Origin: Alphaproteobacteria bacterium
GTDB taxonomy: Bacteria; Pseudomonadota; Alphaproteobacteria; BOG-932; Roseiterribacteraceae
Reading direction: 5' to 3'
Length of the DNA stretch: 64,000 bases
Assembly (NCBI GenBank): GCA_965276835.1
Contig: OZ255631.1
Coordinates: forward strand, 3,565,575 to 3,629,574
The position numbers were made by a program, and so were the translations under genes. This document shows, piece after piece, positions 29,649-40,224 of the stretch. The notes below the pieces were generated by a model. That model worked only from the letters and a program-made list of their open reading frames with translations. It made no database searches and was not told the origin of the DNA. The stretch's first letter is position 1; each line of letters begins with the position of its first letter.

Positions 29649-32600
29649 ATCTGTCGGCGCCTTTCATCCAGCGGCCGGTAGCGACGACGCTGCTGACGCT
29701 GGGGATTGCGCTGGCCGGAATCATGGCGTTCCGCCTGCTGCCGGTCGCGCCGCTGCCGCAGATCGATTTTCCCGCGATCTTCGTCAGCGCGTCGATGCCC
29801 GGGGCCAGCCCGGAGGTCATGGCAAGCAGTGTCGCGACCCCGTTGGAGCGCCATCTGGGAACGATCGCCGACGTCACCGACATGACGTCCACCAGTTCGC
29901 AAAACCAGACCAGCGTGCAGTTGATCTTCGGACTGGACCGCGACATCGACGGCGCGGCTCGCGACGTGCAGGCAGCCATCGTCGCCGCGCGCCAGGATCT
30001 GCCGACCAGTCTCAAAAGCAATCCGACCTACCGTAAATTCAACGGCTCGACCGCCCCCGTGATCATCTTGTCGCTGACCTCGGAGACGCTGAGCCAGGGC
30101 CAGATCTACGACGCCGCCGCCACTGTCGTTCAACAAAAACTGTCGCAGATCGAGGGGGTCGGCAATGTCGCGGTGCAAGGCAGCGCCTTGCCGGCTGTCC
30201 GCGTCGAGATTAACCCGACGGCATTGTTCAAATACGGCATCGGCCTGGAAGATGTGCGCGCAGCCTTGTCGGCGGCCAACGCGAACGCGCCGAAGGGTGC
30301 GATCGAAAATGATAAGCTGCATTTTCAGATCTATACCAACGACCAGGCCGATCGGGCCGATCAATACAAACCCTTGATCGTCGCCTATCGCAATGGCTCG
30401 GCCGTGCGCCTGCAGGATATCGCCCAGGTCACCGACAAGCAGGACGGGGCGGTCGAGAATATCCGCAATTACGGTCTTTATAACGGCAAGCCGGCGATTT
30501 CGGTGGTGGTTACCCAGCAGCCCGGCGCCAACATCATCGAGACGGTCGACCGGGTGAAGGCGATGATCCCGGAGCTGGAAAAGTCGATTCCCAGCACGAT
30601 CAACCTGCAGATCGCCCACGACCGCTCCATCACCATTCGGGCGTCACTGAAGCAAGTCGAACGCACACTGGTCGGCGCCGTGATCCTGGTGATCCTGGTG
30701 GTTTTCGTCTTTCTGCGCGACTGGCGGTCCACCCTTATTCCCGCCGTGGCGGTTCCCGTATCGCTGATCGGCACTTTCGGCGTGATGTACCTGCTGGGTT
30801 TCAGCCTGGATAATTTCTCGCTGATGGCGCTGACGATCGCCACCGGCTTCGTCGTCGACGATGCCATTGTGGTGATGGAAAACACCACCCGCCATATCGA
30901 GGCGGGGATGCCGCGCATGAAAGCCGCTTTCGTCGGCGCCAGTGAAGTGGGCTTTACCGTCCTGTCGATGAGCCTGTCGCTGGTCGCCGTGTTCCTGCCC
31001 TTACAGTTGATGGGTGGTCTGGTCGGGCGGCTTTTTCACGAATTCACCATCACGCTAACGGTGGCGATCCTGATCTCGCTGGTGGTGTCGCTGACCACGA
31101 CGCCGATGATGTGCGCCCGCTTGCTGGGCCGCATGCCGGAGAAACCGACCTCATGGTTCTTCCGTTGGAGCGAACGCGGTTTTGAATGGATGCGCTCGTC
31201 CTATGAGCGCTCGCTGACCGGCGCGGTCGATCACGGCATCATGATGATGGTGATCCTGGCGGCAACGGTGGCGCTCAACGTCGTTCTGTTCGTCGTCATT
31301 CCCAAAGGGTTCTTCCCGCAGGAAGATACCGGTCAGATGCGTGGCGCGATGCGTGCCGATCAGAGTACGTCTTTCCAGGCGTTGAAGCAGAAGATGATCC
31401 AGGTGGCAGGGATCATCCAGGCCGACCCCGCGGTTTCGACCGTCGTCGCGGCCATCAACGGCGGCGGTGGCGGACCGGGCGGCGGGCAGGGTGGCGCCAC
31501 AGCCACCTTCAACGTGACCTTAAAACCGCTGTCGGATCGCAAGGTCTCCGTCGATGGGGTCATCGCCCGGTTGCGCCCCAAGTTCTCTCAGGTCAAAGGC
31601 ACGCAGACCTTTCTGCAGGCGAACCAGGACATCCCGACCGGCGGTGGCCGCGCAAGCAACTCCCAGTATCAGTACACACTCACCGGGGACGACCTAAACG
31701 AGCTCAAAACCTGGTCGGAGAAACTGCGCGGTGCCCTACAGAACGTGCCTGAGGTGGTGGATGTCGATTCAGATCAGCAGGCCGGCGGTCTGGAAATCGA
31801 GGTCGATGTCGACCGGGACAGCGCCTCGCGTCTCGGGCTGACCACCAGCCAAATCGATTCGACATTATACGATGCCTTTGGCCAGCGGCTGGTCTCAACG
31901 ATCTACAACCCGTTGAACCAGTACCATGTCGTGATGGAGGTCGCGCCGGAATACTGGCAGAGTCCGGACATATTGAAAGACATCTATGTCAGCACCTCCG
32001 GCGGCGCGGTCAGCGGCACGGCGGCGACCAACGCGGTCGCCGGCACGACCGTTCTGAAAACGACCTCCGCACCCACTGCTGCCTCGGTCGCCGACGACAC
32101 GGCGCGCAACGCCGCAGCGAACGCCCTGGCGAATACGACGAAGGGTGGCGCGTCGACCGGCGCGGCGGTATCCGTCGCACAGGAAAGTATGATTCCGCTC
32201 GCAGCCTTCGCCCATTTCGGCCACGGCACGGCCCCGACCCAGGTGGCCCACCAGGGCACATTTGCGGCGACTACCATCGCCTTCAACATCCCCGAGGGCG
32301 AATCGCTGGAAACCGCGACGGCGGCGATCGGAAGAGCCACGGATCGAATCAAGATGCCCGCAACGATCCATGGCGAATATGAAGGAACGGCAAAAAACTT
32401 CCGGCAGTACCAGGGGCAAATGCCGATGATGCTGGTGGGCGGACTGCTGGCCGTCTACATCGTGCTAGGCGTTCTGTATGAAAGCTACTTTCACCCGATC
32501 ACCATCCTGTCGACCCTGCCCTCCGCTGGAATCGGCGCGCTGATCGCGCTGTGGGCGACAGGCAACCAACTGACCCTGATTGCTTTCATCGGAATCCTGC

Positions 32601-32974
32601 TGCTGGTCGGTATCGTCAAGAAGAACGCCATCATGATGGTCGATTTCGCGCTGGAGGCGGAACGGGCCGAGGGGCTTGGCCCGCGCGAGGCGATCATCAA
32701 GGCCTGCGCCTTGCGTTTCCGGCCTATCATGATGACCACGATGGCCGCGATCTTCGGCGCTTTGCCGCTGGCGCTGGCATCGGGCGACGGCACGGAAATG
32801 CGCCGACCGTTGGGAATTTCGATTGTCGGCGGGCTGATCGTCAGCCAGCTGCTGACGCTCTACACCACGCCAGTGGTCTATCTCTATATCGAACGCGTCC
32901 GCCAATGGCGGAAGCGCGTAACCGGCCGTACGACCACGACCCCGCCCCGCCGCCCGATGGAAGCCGGCATATGA
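29645..32974 (+). CDS. mdtC: RND efflux permease, MdtC/MuxC type
   Basis: [39 protein letters not shown]; ATGA overlap with mdtB. Confidence 0.9.
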   Translation: MNLSAPFIQRPVATTLLTLGIALAGIMAFRLLPVAPLPQIDFPAIFVSASMPGASPEVMASSVATPLERHLGTIADVTDMTSTSSQNQTSVQLIFGLDRDIDGAARDVQAAIVAARQDLPTSLKSNPTYRKFNGSTAPVIILSLTSETLSQGQIYDAAATVVQQKLSQIEGVGNVAVQGSALPAVRVEINPTALFKYGIGLEDVRAALSAANANAPKGAIENDKLHFQIYTNDQADRADQYKPLIVAYRNGSAVRLQDIAQVTDKQDGAVENIRNYGLYNGKPAISVVVTQQPGANIIETVDRVKAMIPELEKSIPSTINLQIAHDRSITIRASLKQVERTLVGAVILVILVVFVFLRDWRSTLIPAVAVPVSLIGTFGVMYLLGFSLDNFSLMALTIATGFVVDDAIVVMENTTRHIEAGMPRMKAAFVGASEVGFTVLSMSLSLVAVFLPLQLMGGLVGRLFHEFTITLTVAILISLVVSLTTTPMMCARLLGRMPEKPTSWFFRWSERGFEWMRSSYERSLTGAVDHGIMMMVILAATVALNVVLFVVIPKGFFPQEDTGQMRGAMRADQSTSFQALKQKMIQVAGIIQADPAVSTVVAAINGGGGGPGGGQGGATATFNVTLKPLSDRKVSVDGVIARLRPKFSQVKGTQTFLQANQDIPTGGGRASNSQYQYTLTGDDLNELKTWSEKLRGALQNVPEVVDVDSDQQAGGLEIEVDVDRDSASRLGLTTSQIDSTLYDAFGQRLVSTIYNPLNQYHVVMEVAPEYWQSPDILKDIYVSTSGGAVSGTAATNAVAGTTVLKTTSAPTAASVADDTARNAAANALANTTKGGASTGAAVSVAQESMIPLAAFAHFGHGTAPTQVAHQGTFAATTIAFNIPEGESLETATAAIGRATDRIKMPATIHGEYEGTAKNFRQYQGQMPMMLVGGLLAVYIVLGVLYESYFHPITILSTLPSAGIGALIALWATGNQLTLIAFIGILLLVGIVKKNAIMMVDFALEAERAEGLGPREAIIKACALRFRPIMMTTMAAIFGALPLALASGDGTEMRRPLGISIVGGLIVSQLLTLYTTPVVYLYIERVRQWRKRVTGRTTTTPPRRPMEAGI

Positions 32975-34590
32975 GTATGATCAGACTGCTGCCGCTCCTG
33001 CTGCTCGCCTCGGTCGCCGCCTGCTCGGTCGGACCCGACTACGAGAAGCCGACGGCGCCGACCGCAACCAAGTTCAAGGAACTGGCCGGGTGGAAACCCA
33101 GCGACCCACAGGACGAGATCGATCGCGGCCAATGGTGGGCGGTCTATCACGATCCCGTGCTCGACGCGCTGGAGAAGCGGATCGATATCGACAATCAGAC
33201 TCTCAAGGCGTCTGAAGCCGCCTATCGCCAGTCGCGGGCCGTCGTCGACCAGGCGCGCGCTAGCTTTTTCCCGACCCTCAGCGCCGACCAGTCGGATCAG
33301 CGATCATATGAGGCGCCCGGCGCGCTGCGCAGCGGCGGCGTCAGTACGTTTTCGACCGGCGCGACCGGGACGACGACAACCGGCGGCACGACGGTTGTCA
33401 CGACAGCGCCCAGCAAGAATGGTCGCGGCGGAACCAGCTTCAACCAATATTCCGGATCGCTGTCGGCAAGCTGGGATCTGGATGTCTGGGGCCGCATCCG
33501 CCGCACCGTCGAGGGCGATATCGCGACGGCGCAAGCCAGCGCCGCCGACCTTGCCTCCGCGAGGCTCTCGGCACAAAGCACGCTGGCGATGGATTACTTC
33601 CAGCTCCGCTATCAGGAAGCGTTGAAGCGCCTGCTCGATACTACGGCCAACGATTATCAGCGGTCGCTGCAGATCACCCAGAACCAGTACAATGTCGGTG
33701 TCGCGGCCAAGGCGGATGTGCTGTCAGCGCAAACCCAGCTGCTGAGCGCGAGGGCATCGGCGATTAATGCCGGCGTACTGCGCGCTACGCTTGAGCACGC
33801 CATCGCCGTGCTGGTCGGGCAGCCTGCCGGGGATTTCGCCGTCGAACCCGGCCCCCTACCAAACGCCATACCGGTCGCACCCACCGGCCTGCCGTCGGAA
33901 CTACTGGAGCGCCGCCCGGACGTCGCCGGCGCGGAGCGCCGCATGGCGGCGGCCAATGCGCAGATCGGTGTCGCGATCGCCGCCTATTTCCCCGACATCA
34001 CGCTGTCGGGCTCATACGGTTCACAGACATCCAACTTCGCCAAACTGTTCACCGCCCCCACAATCGTGTGGTCGCTGGGCGCCGATGTCAGCGAAAGCAT
34101 CCTCGATTTCGGGTCGCGCAGTGCCCAGGTGGAGCAGGCGCGCGCCGCTTATGACTCGAATGTCGCCGATTACCGCCAGACCGTGCTGACGGGTTTCCAG
34201 CAGGTCGAGGACGAACTGGCGACGCTGCGCATCCTGGAGCAGCAAGCGGTGGTCCAGGACGAGGTCGTGAAAGACGCCCGCGAGGCGGCGCGCCTGACCC
34301 TGAACCAATATAAAGCCGGCACGGTCCCCTATAGTAGCGTGATTACCGCCCAGGCGACTGCGCTGTCGGCGGAGCAGACCGCGATCAATGTCACCGAGAA
34401 CAGGCTGACCGCCAGCGTCACGTTGATCGAAGCCATCGGCGGCGGCTGGAGCGCCGGCAAGCTGCCGCGCACGGATCAGGTGGAGGACAATGCGTCCTTC
34501 CTGCACATGATCCCGATCACCACTGATCATCCTACAAGTTCGGACGAACCACCCAGCCCGAATAGCCTCATCGGCTCGGACACGAAATAG
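32971..34590 (+). CDS. NodT/OprM-family outer-membrane efflux lipoprotein
   Basis: Lipobox SVAAC, VGPDYEKP, SWDLDVWGRIRR, LLERRPDVAGAERRMAAANAQIGVA; ATGA overlap at 32971. Confidence 0.92.
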   Translation: MSMIRLLPLLLLASVAACSVGPDYEKPTAPTATKFKELAGWKPSDPQDEIDRGQWWAVYHDPVLDALEKRIDIDNQTLKASEAAYRQSRAVVDQARASFFPTLSADQSDQRSYEAPGALRSGGVSTFSTGATGTTTTGGTTVVTTAPSKNGRGGTSFNQYSGSLSASWDLDVWGRIRRTVEGDIATAQASAADLASARLSAQSTLAMDYFQLRYQEALKRLLDTTANDYQRSLQITQNQYNVGVAAKADVLSAQTQLLSARASAINAGVLRATLEHAIAVLVGQPAGDFAVEPGPLPNAIPVAPTGLPSELLERRPDVAGAERRMAAANAQIGVAIAAYFPDITLSGSYGSQTSNFAKLFTAPTIVWSLGADVSESILDFGSRSAQVEQARAAYDSNVADYRQTVLTGFQQVEDELATLRILEQQAVVQDEVVKDAREAARLTLNQYKAGTVPYSSVITAQATALSAEQTAINVTENRLTASVTLIEAIGGGWSAGKLPRTDQVEDNASFLHMIPITTDHPTSSDEPPSPNSLIGSDTK

Positions 34591-34604
34591 CACCGGCGAC
34601 TGCG

Positions 34605-34988
34605 TCAGGCAGCGGCGAGCGTGTTTAGATGGTTGGCGATTTCGTCGAAACGATAGGGTTTCCGCACCAACCGCGTGCCGGCGGGCGCATTCGCCGTATC
34701 TAGGTCGATCCGCCCCGAAGTGACGATCAGCTTGATCTTCGGCCAACGGCGGCGGATGACCTCCGCCAACTTCATGCCATCCATGGTGCCCGGCATATTC
34801 ACGTCGGTGAACACGATCCGGATGTCGTCGCGGCTTTGCAGGATACGCAGCGCATGGTCGGCATTGGGCGCGCCCAGTGGAGTAAAGCCCGCATCCGCGA
34901 CAATATCGAACGCTGTTTGCAGAACAGCATCTTCATCTTCGGCGACCAGAACAACCGGCTACTTGCAGCGCGCTAAGGTATGAATCAA
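34605..34988 (-). pseudogene. single-domain response regulator with TAG at codon 10
   Basis: GGAG-7nt-TTG start at 34988, MIHTLARCK*PVVLVAEDE...VFTDVNMPG...TSG...RKPY. Confidence 0.7.
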
Positions 34989-35093
34989 CAGGTCACTCCA
35001 ACGTTGGTCCGACTCGGGGTGCGACGGCCCTGGGGTAAACAACACAAGTAGATGCGTTATTGTTTCGTTATGGCGGCAAGGAATTTCAATGTT

Positions 35094-35228
35094 TTAGCCA
35101 TCTGAGCGCTGCATGCCCGATGCCATGGTCTGACCGTCGGCGCTGTCAGTGGCCATCCGGCGCAGCAGCGGAACGACATCCCGGCTGCGATACAGCTTTT
35201 GGAAAAACACCGCGCGATCGGGCAGCAT
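35094..35228 (-). CDS. putative 44-aa small protein
   Basis: GGAGGG ribosome-binding site before ATG 35228; MLPDRAVFFQKLYRSRDVVPLLRRM...; no homology evidence. Confidence 0.3.
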   Translation of the reverse strand: MLPDRAVFFQKLYRSRDVVPLLRRMATDSADGQTMASGMQRSDG

Positions 35229-35367
35229 GGCGTCCCTCCGGACCGCTTGAGTGTTTGTTATGTACCGCCAAGATAATGCAGGAACATGATCCCAGTTCTA
35301 CTATTTCACGAAATTTCTTGGTGATCGGTCGCGCCTCATCGCGCAGGGTTGTGATTTGCGAAGCGGA

Positions 35368-35769
35368 TTACATGCCCTCGCCGGGCAGGAAACATCGTAC
35401 GGCCGGCAGGCCGTCGACGTGGTAGTACCAAACCTCGGCATGCCCCAGCTTGTTGGGTCCGGTGATCACCGCATCCGTCGGCACATCGACCCAATGGCCC
35501 TCGATCATCACCCGATACCCTTTGCTGTTGGTGTCCCAAATGACCTGTTCGGGTTTCCACCCATCGGCGGTGGCGCAGCAGCCCACGCCTGTGGCGTTGT
35601 GAAGGCTGGTTACCCATTTGCTGATCTCGGGCGAATTATGGTCGGTTTTGTCGAGATCGTGGGCTTGAACGGCGATCCCCGCCTCAACGACCACAACCAC
35701 AAAAGCCAACAAGGCCAGCCTGCCACGACCGGCGGCATCCGGCCTTACGCTAGGCGTAATGCGCTCCAT
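35368..35769 (-). CDS. secreted Cys-containing hypothetical protein
   Basis: Hydrophobic signal segment; GCCATADG...WVDVP...N..G.AEVW...RCFLPG. Confidence 0.7.
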   Translation of the reverse strand: MERITPSVRPDAAGRGRLALLAFVVVVVEAGIAVQAHDLDKTDHNSPEISKWVTSLHNATGVGCCATADGWKPEQVIWDTNSKGYRVMIEGHWVDVPTDAVITGPNKLGHAEVWYYHVDGLPAVRCFLPGEGM

Positions 35770-35879
35770 GTTCGCTCCCCCGATTTTATGTGTCCGACTT
35801 TAGACCGAGCCGTGCGCCAGGAGCCATGGATAAAACCACCGAATTCCCGCCAGATTATTTCCGATGGCCGGCAGGTCCC

Positions 35880-35933
35880 GATCGTTATTGACCAACTCAT
35901 AACTATCTGGTTATGAATTGGTCAATAACGATC
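35880..35933. repeat. 24-bp inverted repeat (23/24 match, 6-nt loop)
   Basis: GATCGTTATTGACCAACTCATAAC-tatctg-GTTATGAATTGGTCAATAACGATC. Confidence 0.9.
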
Positions 35934-35945
35934 CAATTCTAACGA

Positions 35946-36383
35946 ATGAGTGCTCCTGACATGGAAACCAAATCGATCGTCGTCGAGCGGACTATGCCCC
36001 ATCCAGCGGAAAAGATTTGGCGGGCGCTGACCACATCTGATCTCGTCGCCGAATGGCTTATGAAGAACAACTTCCAGCCGGTGGTCGGCCACAAATTCCA
36101 ATTCCGCGCTACACCGGTTCCAGGCTGGTCTGGCGTCACCAATTGTGAGGTGATCGCCGTCGATCCCCATCGTCTCCTGGCCTATCGCTGGGGTGACGGC
36201 ACCGAATCCGAAAGCGGGTTGCAGACAGTCGTCACCTGGACGTTGATGCCAACTGCACACGGAACCCTGGTGAGAATGGAGCATTCTGGTTTCCGGCCCC
36301 AAGATGAAGGCGGCTACAAAGGTATGGGCGGCGGTTGGCCGCGCATCCTCGGCGGCCTTGAACGGGTCGCAGGCGAGCAATAG
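35946..36383 (+). CDS. SRPBCC / AHSA1-like domain protein
   Basis: ERTMPHPAEKIWRALT, FQPVVGHKFQF, VTWTL, GGGWPRIL. Confidence 0.9.
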   Translation: MSAPDMETKSIVVERTMPHPAEKIWRALTTSDLVAEWLMKNNFQPVVGHKFQFRATPVPGWSGVTNCEVIAVDPHRLLAYRWGDGTESESGLQTVVTWTLMPTAHGTLVRMEHSGFRPQDEGGYKGMGGGWPRILGGLERVAGEQ

Positions 36384-36389
36384 GCCGGA

Positions 36390-36671
36390 TTACGGCGGCA
36401 GAACCGTGTTCAGCTTATTCACCGCCGGATCGGTCTTTGCCGGATTGATCGTGGCATCGGAGGTTCCGGCCGCCGCCGCGTCCGTCTTCGCCTTATCGTC
36501 GGCCGCGGTCTTGGCGGATTTCGCATGATGCTTGTGGTGCGTCTTTGTCGCGCCGGTGATGCCGCTGACCGGGGCGGTGCTGCCGGAGAGACCGCTGTCG
36601 CCGGCGGAAACAGGCCGGGATGCTGCCAGTATTGTGACGATCAGCGTGACGAAGATTAGCAGGCGGCGCAT
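36390..36671 (-). CDS. small exported low-complexity protein
   Basis: GGAG RBS, ATG 36671, signal peptide MRRLLIFVTLIVTILAA, KTHHKHHAK stretch. Confidence 0.6.
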   Translation of the reverse strand: MRRLLIFVTLIVTILAASRPVSAGDSGLSGSTAPVSGITGATKTHHKHHAKSAKTAADDKAKTDAAAAGTSDATINPAKTDPAVNKLNTVLPP

Positions 36672-36904
36672 GGGATTCTCCCGCCGATCCGAAAGCGGTC
36701 GGCAATCCATCAACCGCAATATCAGCGGGCGCGTTCCTGAGGAATAAAATTAGATGGCCCCCTCATCCGCCCGTAAGCAAATGAGGGGTCCGCCTCCCCG
36801 CCTTTTCGGTCTTAAGTCGGACCGTTCAATGGGCGCAATATTGTTAACGTTTTAAAATATTGCAAGCGGCATGTTGCGTGGTGTGCTTGCACACCTTGAA
36901 CGCC

Positions 36905-37693
36905 TCATTGCTCCCGCAGGCCGCCATAGAAATGCCAGCCGTTCGAGACCAGCCAGCCGCAATCGACCGGTAGATTGACGCCGGTGATCGCGGCGGCCTC
37001 CTGCGACGCCAGGAAGGCGACGGCGGTGGCGATCTCGCTGGTCTCGATCAGACGGCGCAGCGGCGCAACCTTTTCCAATGTCGCCAAGGACCGGTCGCCA
37101 CGTTTCAGCGCCGCGTCCAGGGCGGGGGTACGGGTGACGCCGGGCGAAACCGCGTTGACCCGCACGTCTGCTCGGCCCCACTCGGCGGCCAGCGTCTGGG
37201 TCAGTGCGATCACCGCCGCCTTGGCCGGCGTGTAGGAATGCAGCGGGGTCGACATCATGCCGGCAACAGAGGCGATATTGACGATCGATCCACGCCGCCG
37301 TTCGACCATAGCCAGGCCGAAGGCACGGCAGGTCAGGTATGTGCCGCGCTGATCGACGCGAACAATATCGTCCCACGCGTCCTGCGGATATTCGCCGGGT
37401 TTCATTGCGGATTTCTGCAGGATGCCGGCGCTGTTCACCAGATATTCGGCCGGACCCAGCGCCGCCTCGACCTCTTTCGCCACGGTCTCGACCGCCTTGT
37501 CGTCGCCAACATCCAGGCGCCAGAACCGGCCGCCGATCTCCTCCGCCACCTTGGCGCCGGCTTCATTGATATCCAGGATCGCGACCGTCGCCCCACGCGC
37601 AGCGCATTCCCGCGCGCAGGCCTCGCCGATACCACTGGACCCGCCGGTCACCACCGCAAGCCCGGACAGATTGCGCGCCGCTGATTTCGACAT
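36905..37693 (-). CDS. SDR family oxidoreductase
   Basis: TGGSSGIG, NSAG, YTPAK; start moved to ATG 37693 behind GGAGG. Confidence 0.92.
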   Translation of the reverse strand: MSKSAARNLSGLAVVTGGSSGIGEACARECAARGATVAILDINEAGAKVAEEIGGRFWRLDVGDDKAVETVAKEVEAALGPAEYLVNSAGILQKSAMKPGEYPQDAWDDIVRVDQRGTYLTCRAFGLAMVERRRGSIVNIASVAGMMSTPLHSYTPAKAAVIALTQTLAAEWGRADVRVNAVSPGVTRTPALDAALKRGDRSLATLEKVAPLRRLIETSEIATAVAFLASQEAAAITGVNLPVDCGWLVSNGWHFYGGLREQ

Positions 37694-37765
37694 GATTCCT
37701 CCCCAAATATCGTCCGTCCCGACCACCGCTGGTCATACGCGCCCGGCTGAGGCTACAAAAGCATC

Positions 37766-38251
37766 ATGTTCGAAACTCAAACGATTTCCGCCACCGACAA
37801 GCCGACCTTCTACCGCGAATTGGCCGAGCAGGTGACCGCCCTGCTGGGCAATGAGCGGGACGCCATCGCCAATACCGCGAACATCTCGGCCTATCTGTTC
37901 ATGTCGCTGCCGAACGTGAACTGGGTCGGGTTCTATTTCCTGCGGGGCGGCGAACTGATCGTCGGCCCCTTCCAGGGCAAGCCCGCCTGCGTGCGGATCG
38001 AGGTCGGCAAGGGTGTCTGCGGCACGGCGGCGGCGCGGCGGGAATCGATCTTGGTGACGGACGTGCATGAGTTCCCCGGCCACATCGCCTGCGACGCGGA
38101 CAGCAGGTCGGAACTGGTCGTCCCGCTGATCAAGGACGGCGTGTTGCTGGGCGTACTGGACTTGGACAGCCCGGAGACCGGTCGCTTCGACGAAGCGGAC
38201 CGGGCGGGAATGGAAGCGATCGCGGCGATCTATTGCCGGTCCAGCGATTAG
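37766..38251 (+). CDS. msrC: free methionine-R-sulfoxide reductase (GAF fold)
   Basis: NWVGFY, GKPACVRI..GKGVCGTAA, FPGHIACD, SELVVPL; all three Cys present. Confidence 0.88.
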   Translation: MFETQTISATDKPTFYRELAEQVTALLGNERDAIANTANISAYLFMSLPNVNWVGFYFLRGGELIVGPFQGKPACVRIEVGKGVCGTAAARRESILVTDVHEFPGHIACDADSRSELVVPLIKDGVLLGVLDLDSPETGRFDEADRAGMEAIAAIYCRSSD

Positions 38252-39037
38252 CTACTTCCCCTGAAAGTCGGCCGGGCGCTTCTCGACGAAGGCGTTGCAG
38301 CCCTCATGCGCGTCATCGGTGTCGAACACCAGGCCGATCATCGCGTGCTCGTGCCGAAGTGCGGCGCGCAACGGCATCTCGTCCCCATCGACCATCGTGC
38401 GCTTCAGAATTTTCAGGATCAGCGGCGATTTCTTGGCCATGGCGCCCGCCATCTTCATAACCTCCTCCATCAGCGTGCCGTCCGGAACCACCCGGTTGAT
38501 CAGGCCCAGCCGCTCCGCCTCGGCGGCGGTAATCTGATGGCCCAGGAACATCATTTCCTTGGCCTTGCAGAGCGGTATTTGGCGCATCAATCGCTGCGAG
38601 CCGCCGGCGCCAGGGAAGAGGCCGAGATTGATTTCCGGCAGCCCAAGCTTCGCCGATTCGACGGCGACCCGGATGTCGGTCGACAGCAACAGTTCCGTGC
38701 CGCCGCCCAGCGCGAACCCGTTGATCGCGGCGATTGTCGGCTTGTCGATGGTTTCGATATGGCGGAACACGGCGTGGATGACCTCGCCAAAGTCTAGATA
38801 GTGTTCAAGGCCACGCCGGGTCGCGAGGTCGGGAATGTCGCCGCCGGCGACGAACGCCTTGTCTCCTGCCCCGGTGAAGACCAGCACGCGCACCGACTTG
38901 TCTTTCTCCGCTCGTGTCACCGCCGCATCCAGCGCCTCCAAGGTCGGCTGATTCAGCGGGTTCAGCGATTTCGGGCGATTCAGCGTGATGATCGCAACCG
39001 CGCCTTGCTGTTCATACAGCACCAGATCGTCGGACAT
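38252..39037 (-). CDS. enoyl-CoA hydratase/isomerase
   Basis: AFVAGGDI, NGFALGGGTEL, PEINLGLFPGAGG. Confidence 0.92.
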   Translation of the reverse strand: MSDDLVLYEQQGAVAIITLNRPKSLNPLNQPTLEALDAAVTRAEKDKSVRVLVFTGAGDKAFVAGGDIPDLATRRGLEHYLDFGEVIHAVFRHIETIDKPTIAAINGFALGGGTELLLSTDIRVAVESAKLGLPEINLGLFPGAGGSQRLMRQIPLCKAKEMMFLGHQITAAEAERLGLINRVVPDGTLMEEVMKMAGAMAKKSPLILKILKRTMVDGDEMPLRAALRHEHAMIGLVFDTDDAHEGCNAFVEKRPADFQGK

Positions 39038-39045
39038 TTCGGCTC

Positions 39046-40020
39046 CTAAACGAGAAGACGGCGACAGGCCGCCATAATGGAATCGGTGTTCGGCATATAT
39101 CGACGCTCCAGCGCCTTGGCGACGGGCGAGGGCATGAAGGGCGCGCCGACGCGCAGGATGGGCGCATCTAGCTCGTCGAAGCCAATATCGGCCATGCGGG
39201 CCGCGATTTCCGCCCCGACGCCGAAGGCCTCAACCGCCTCATGGACAATCAGCAGGCGGTGGGTGCGCCCGAGCGATTCCAGCACCGTCGCGTCGTCCCA
39301 CGGCTGCAGGCTGCGCAGATCGACAATTTCCGCCTCAACCCCCTCGGCGGACAGCATCGCCGCCGTTTCGCCGACGGCGCGTAACGCGCCGCCATAGGAC
39401 ACGATGGTGAGGTCACGTCCCGGCCGCCGGATCGCCGCTTTGCCGATCGGCAGAACGGGCAGCGTCTCGGGCGCCGGCACGCGCATGGCATAGAGACCCT
39501 TGTGCTCGACCATAATGACGGGGTCGGGGTCGTCGATCGCCGCGCGCAGCAGGCCATAGGCGCTAGCCGGATCGGACGGGCACACGACCTTCAGCCCCGG
39601 CACATGGGCGAACCATGCCTCCAGGCACTGCGAATGCTGTGGCCCCGATCCAGCGCCGCCGCCATGCTGGGTGCGCAACACCATCGGCACGCTGACCTGA
39701 CTGCCGAACATGGTTCGCATTTTGGCGGCCTGGTTGACCACCGCATCCATGGCGAAGGTCATGAAGTCGATGAAGGAAATCTCGACGATGGGCTTCAGGC
39801 CCGACAAGGCCGCACCGACCGCCATGCCGACGATGGCGGCCTCGGAGATCGGCGTGTCGCGCACGCGTTCCAGCCCGAACCGGTCGCGCAGGCCGCGCGT
39901 CGCGCCATAGACCCCACCCGCCCCGGCGACATCCTCCCCGAACAGGACGACAGTCGGGTCCGCCTCCATGGCATCGGCCATCGCCCGGTTGACGGCATGA
40001 TTGTAGCGAAGCTCGGCCAC
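39046..40020 (-). CDS. 2-oxoacid/acetoin dehydrogenase E1 beta subunit
   Basis: GEDV, RVRDTPISEAAIVG, GPQHSQCLEAW; start moved to GTG 40020. Confidence 0.9.
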   Translation of the reverse strand: MAELRYNHAVNRAMADAMEADPTVVLFGEDVAGAGGVYGATRGLRDRFGLERVRDTPISEAAIVGMAVGAALSGLKPIVEISFIDFMTFAMDAVVNQAAKMRTMFGSQVSVPMVLRTQHGGGAGSGPQHSQCLEAWFAHVPGLKVVCPSDPASAYGLLRAAIDDPDPVIMVEHKGLYAMRVPAPETLPVLPIGKAAIRRPGRDLTIVSYGGALRAVGETAAMLSAEGVEAEIVDLRSLQPWDDATVLESLGRTHRLLIVHEAVEAFGVGAEIAARMADIGFDELDAPILRVGAPFMPSPVAKALERRYMPNTDSIMAACRRLLV

Positions 40021-40049
40021 TCTAATTTTCGTCCCGGAGCTGATTTGTG

Positions 40050-40220
40050 CCTCTCCCCAAGGGGGAGGGGTCGGCGCGTAGCGCCGAGTGAGGGGGGCTG
40101 GTGACGATTGCCCCCTGCCGGACTTGAGAAGCAATTCGCACCGCGAGCATCCAGCCTATGGCACCAGCGCCCCTCACCCGGATCGCTTGCGCGCTCCGAC
40201 CTCTCCCCCGAGGGGAGAGG
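40050..40220. repeat. GC-rich palindromic intergenic repeat (RIME/CIR-like), copy 1
   Basis: CCTCTCCC..GGGGAGGGGTCGG...GTGAGGGG <spacer> CCCCTCACCCGG...CCGACCTCTCCC..GGGAGAGG. Confidence 0.85.
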
Positions 40221-40224
40221 CGAT

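Noticed and set aside
32551-32970. N-terminal extension of the outer-membrane factor
   Set aside because: Overlaps mdtC; the lipoprotein signal begins at ATG 32971
36835-36863. GCAATATT-N13-AATATTGC inverted repeat
   Set aside because: Single AT-rich occurrence with no assignable regulator
40021-40134. N-terminal extension of E1 beta
   Set aside because: Translation of repeat copy 1
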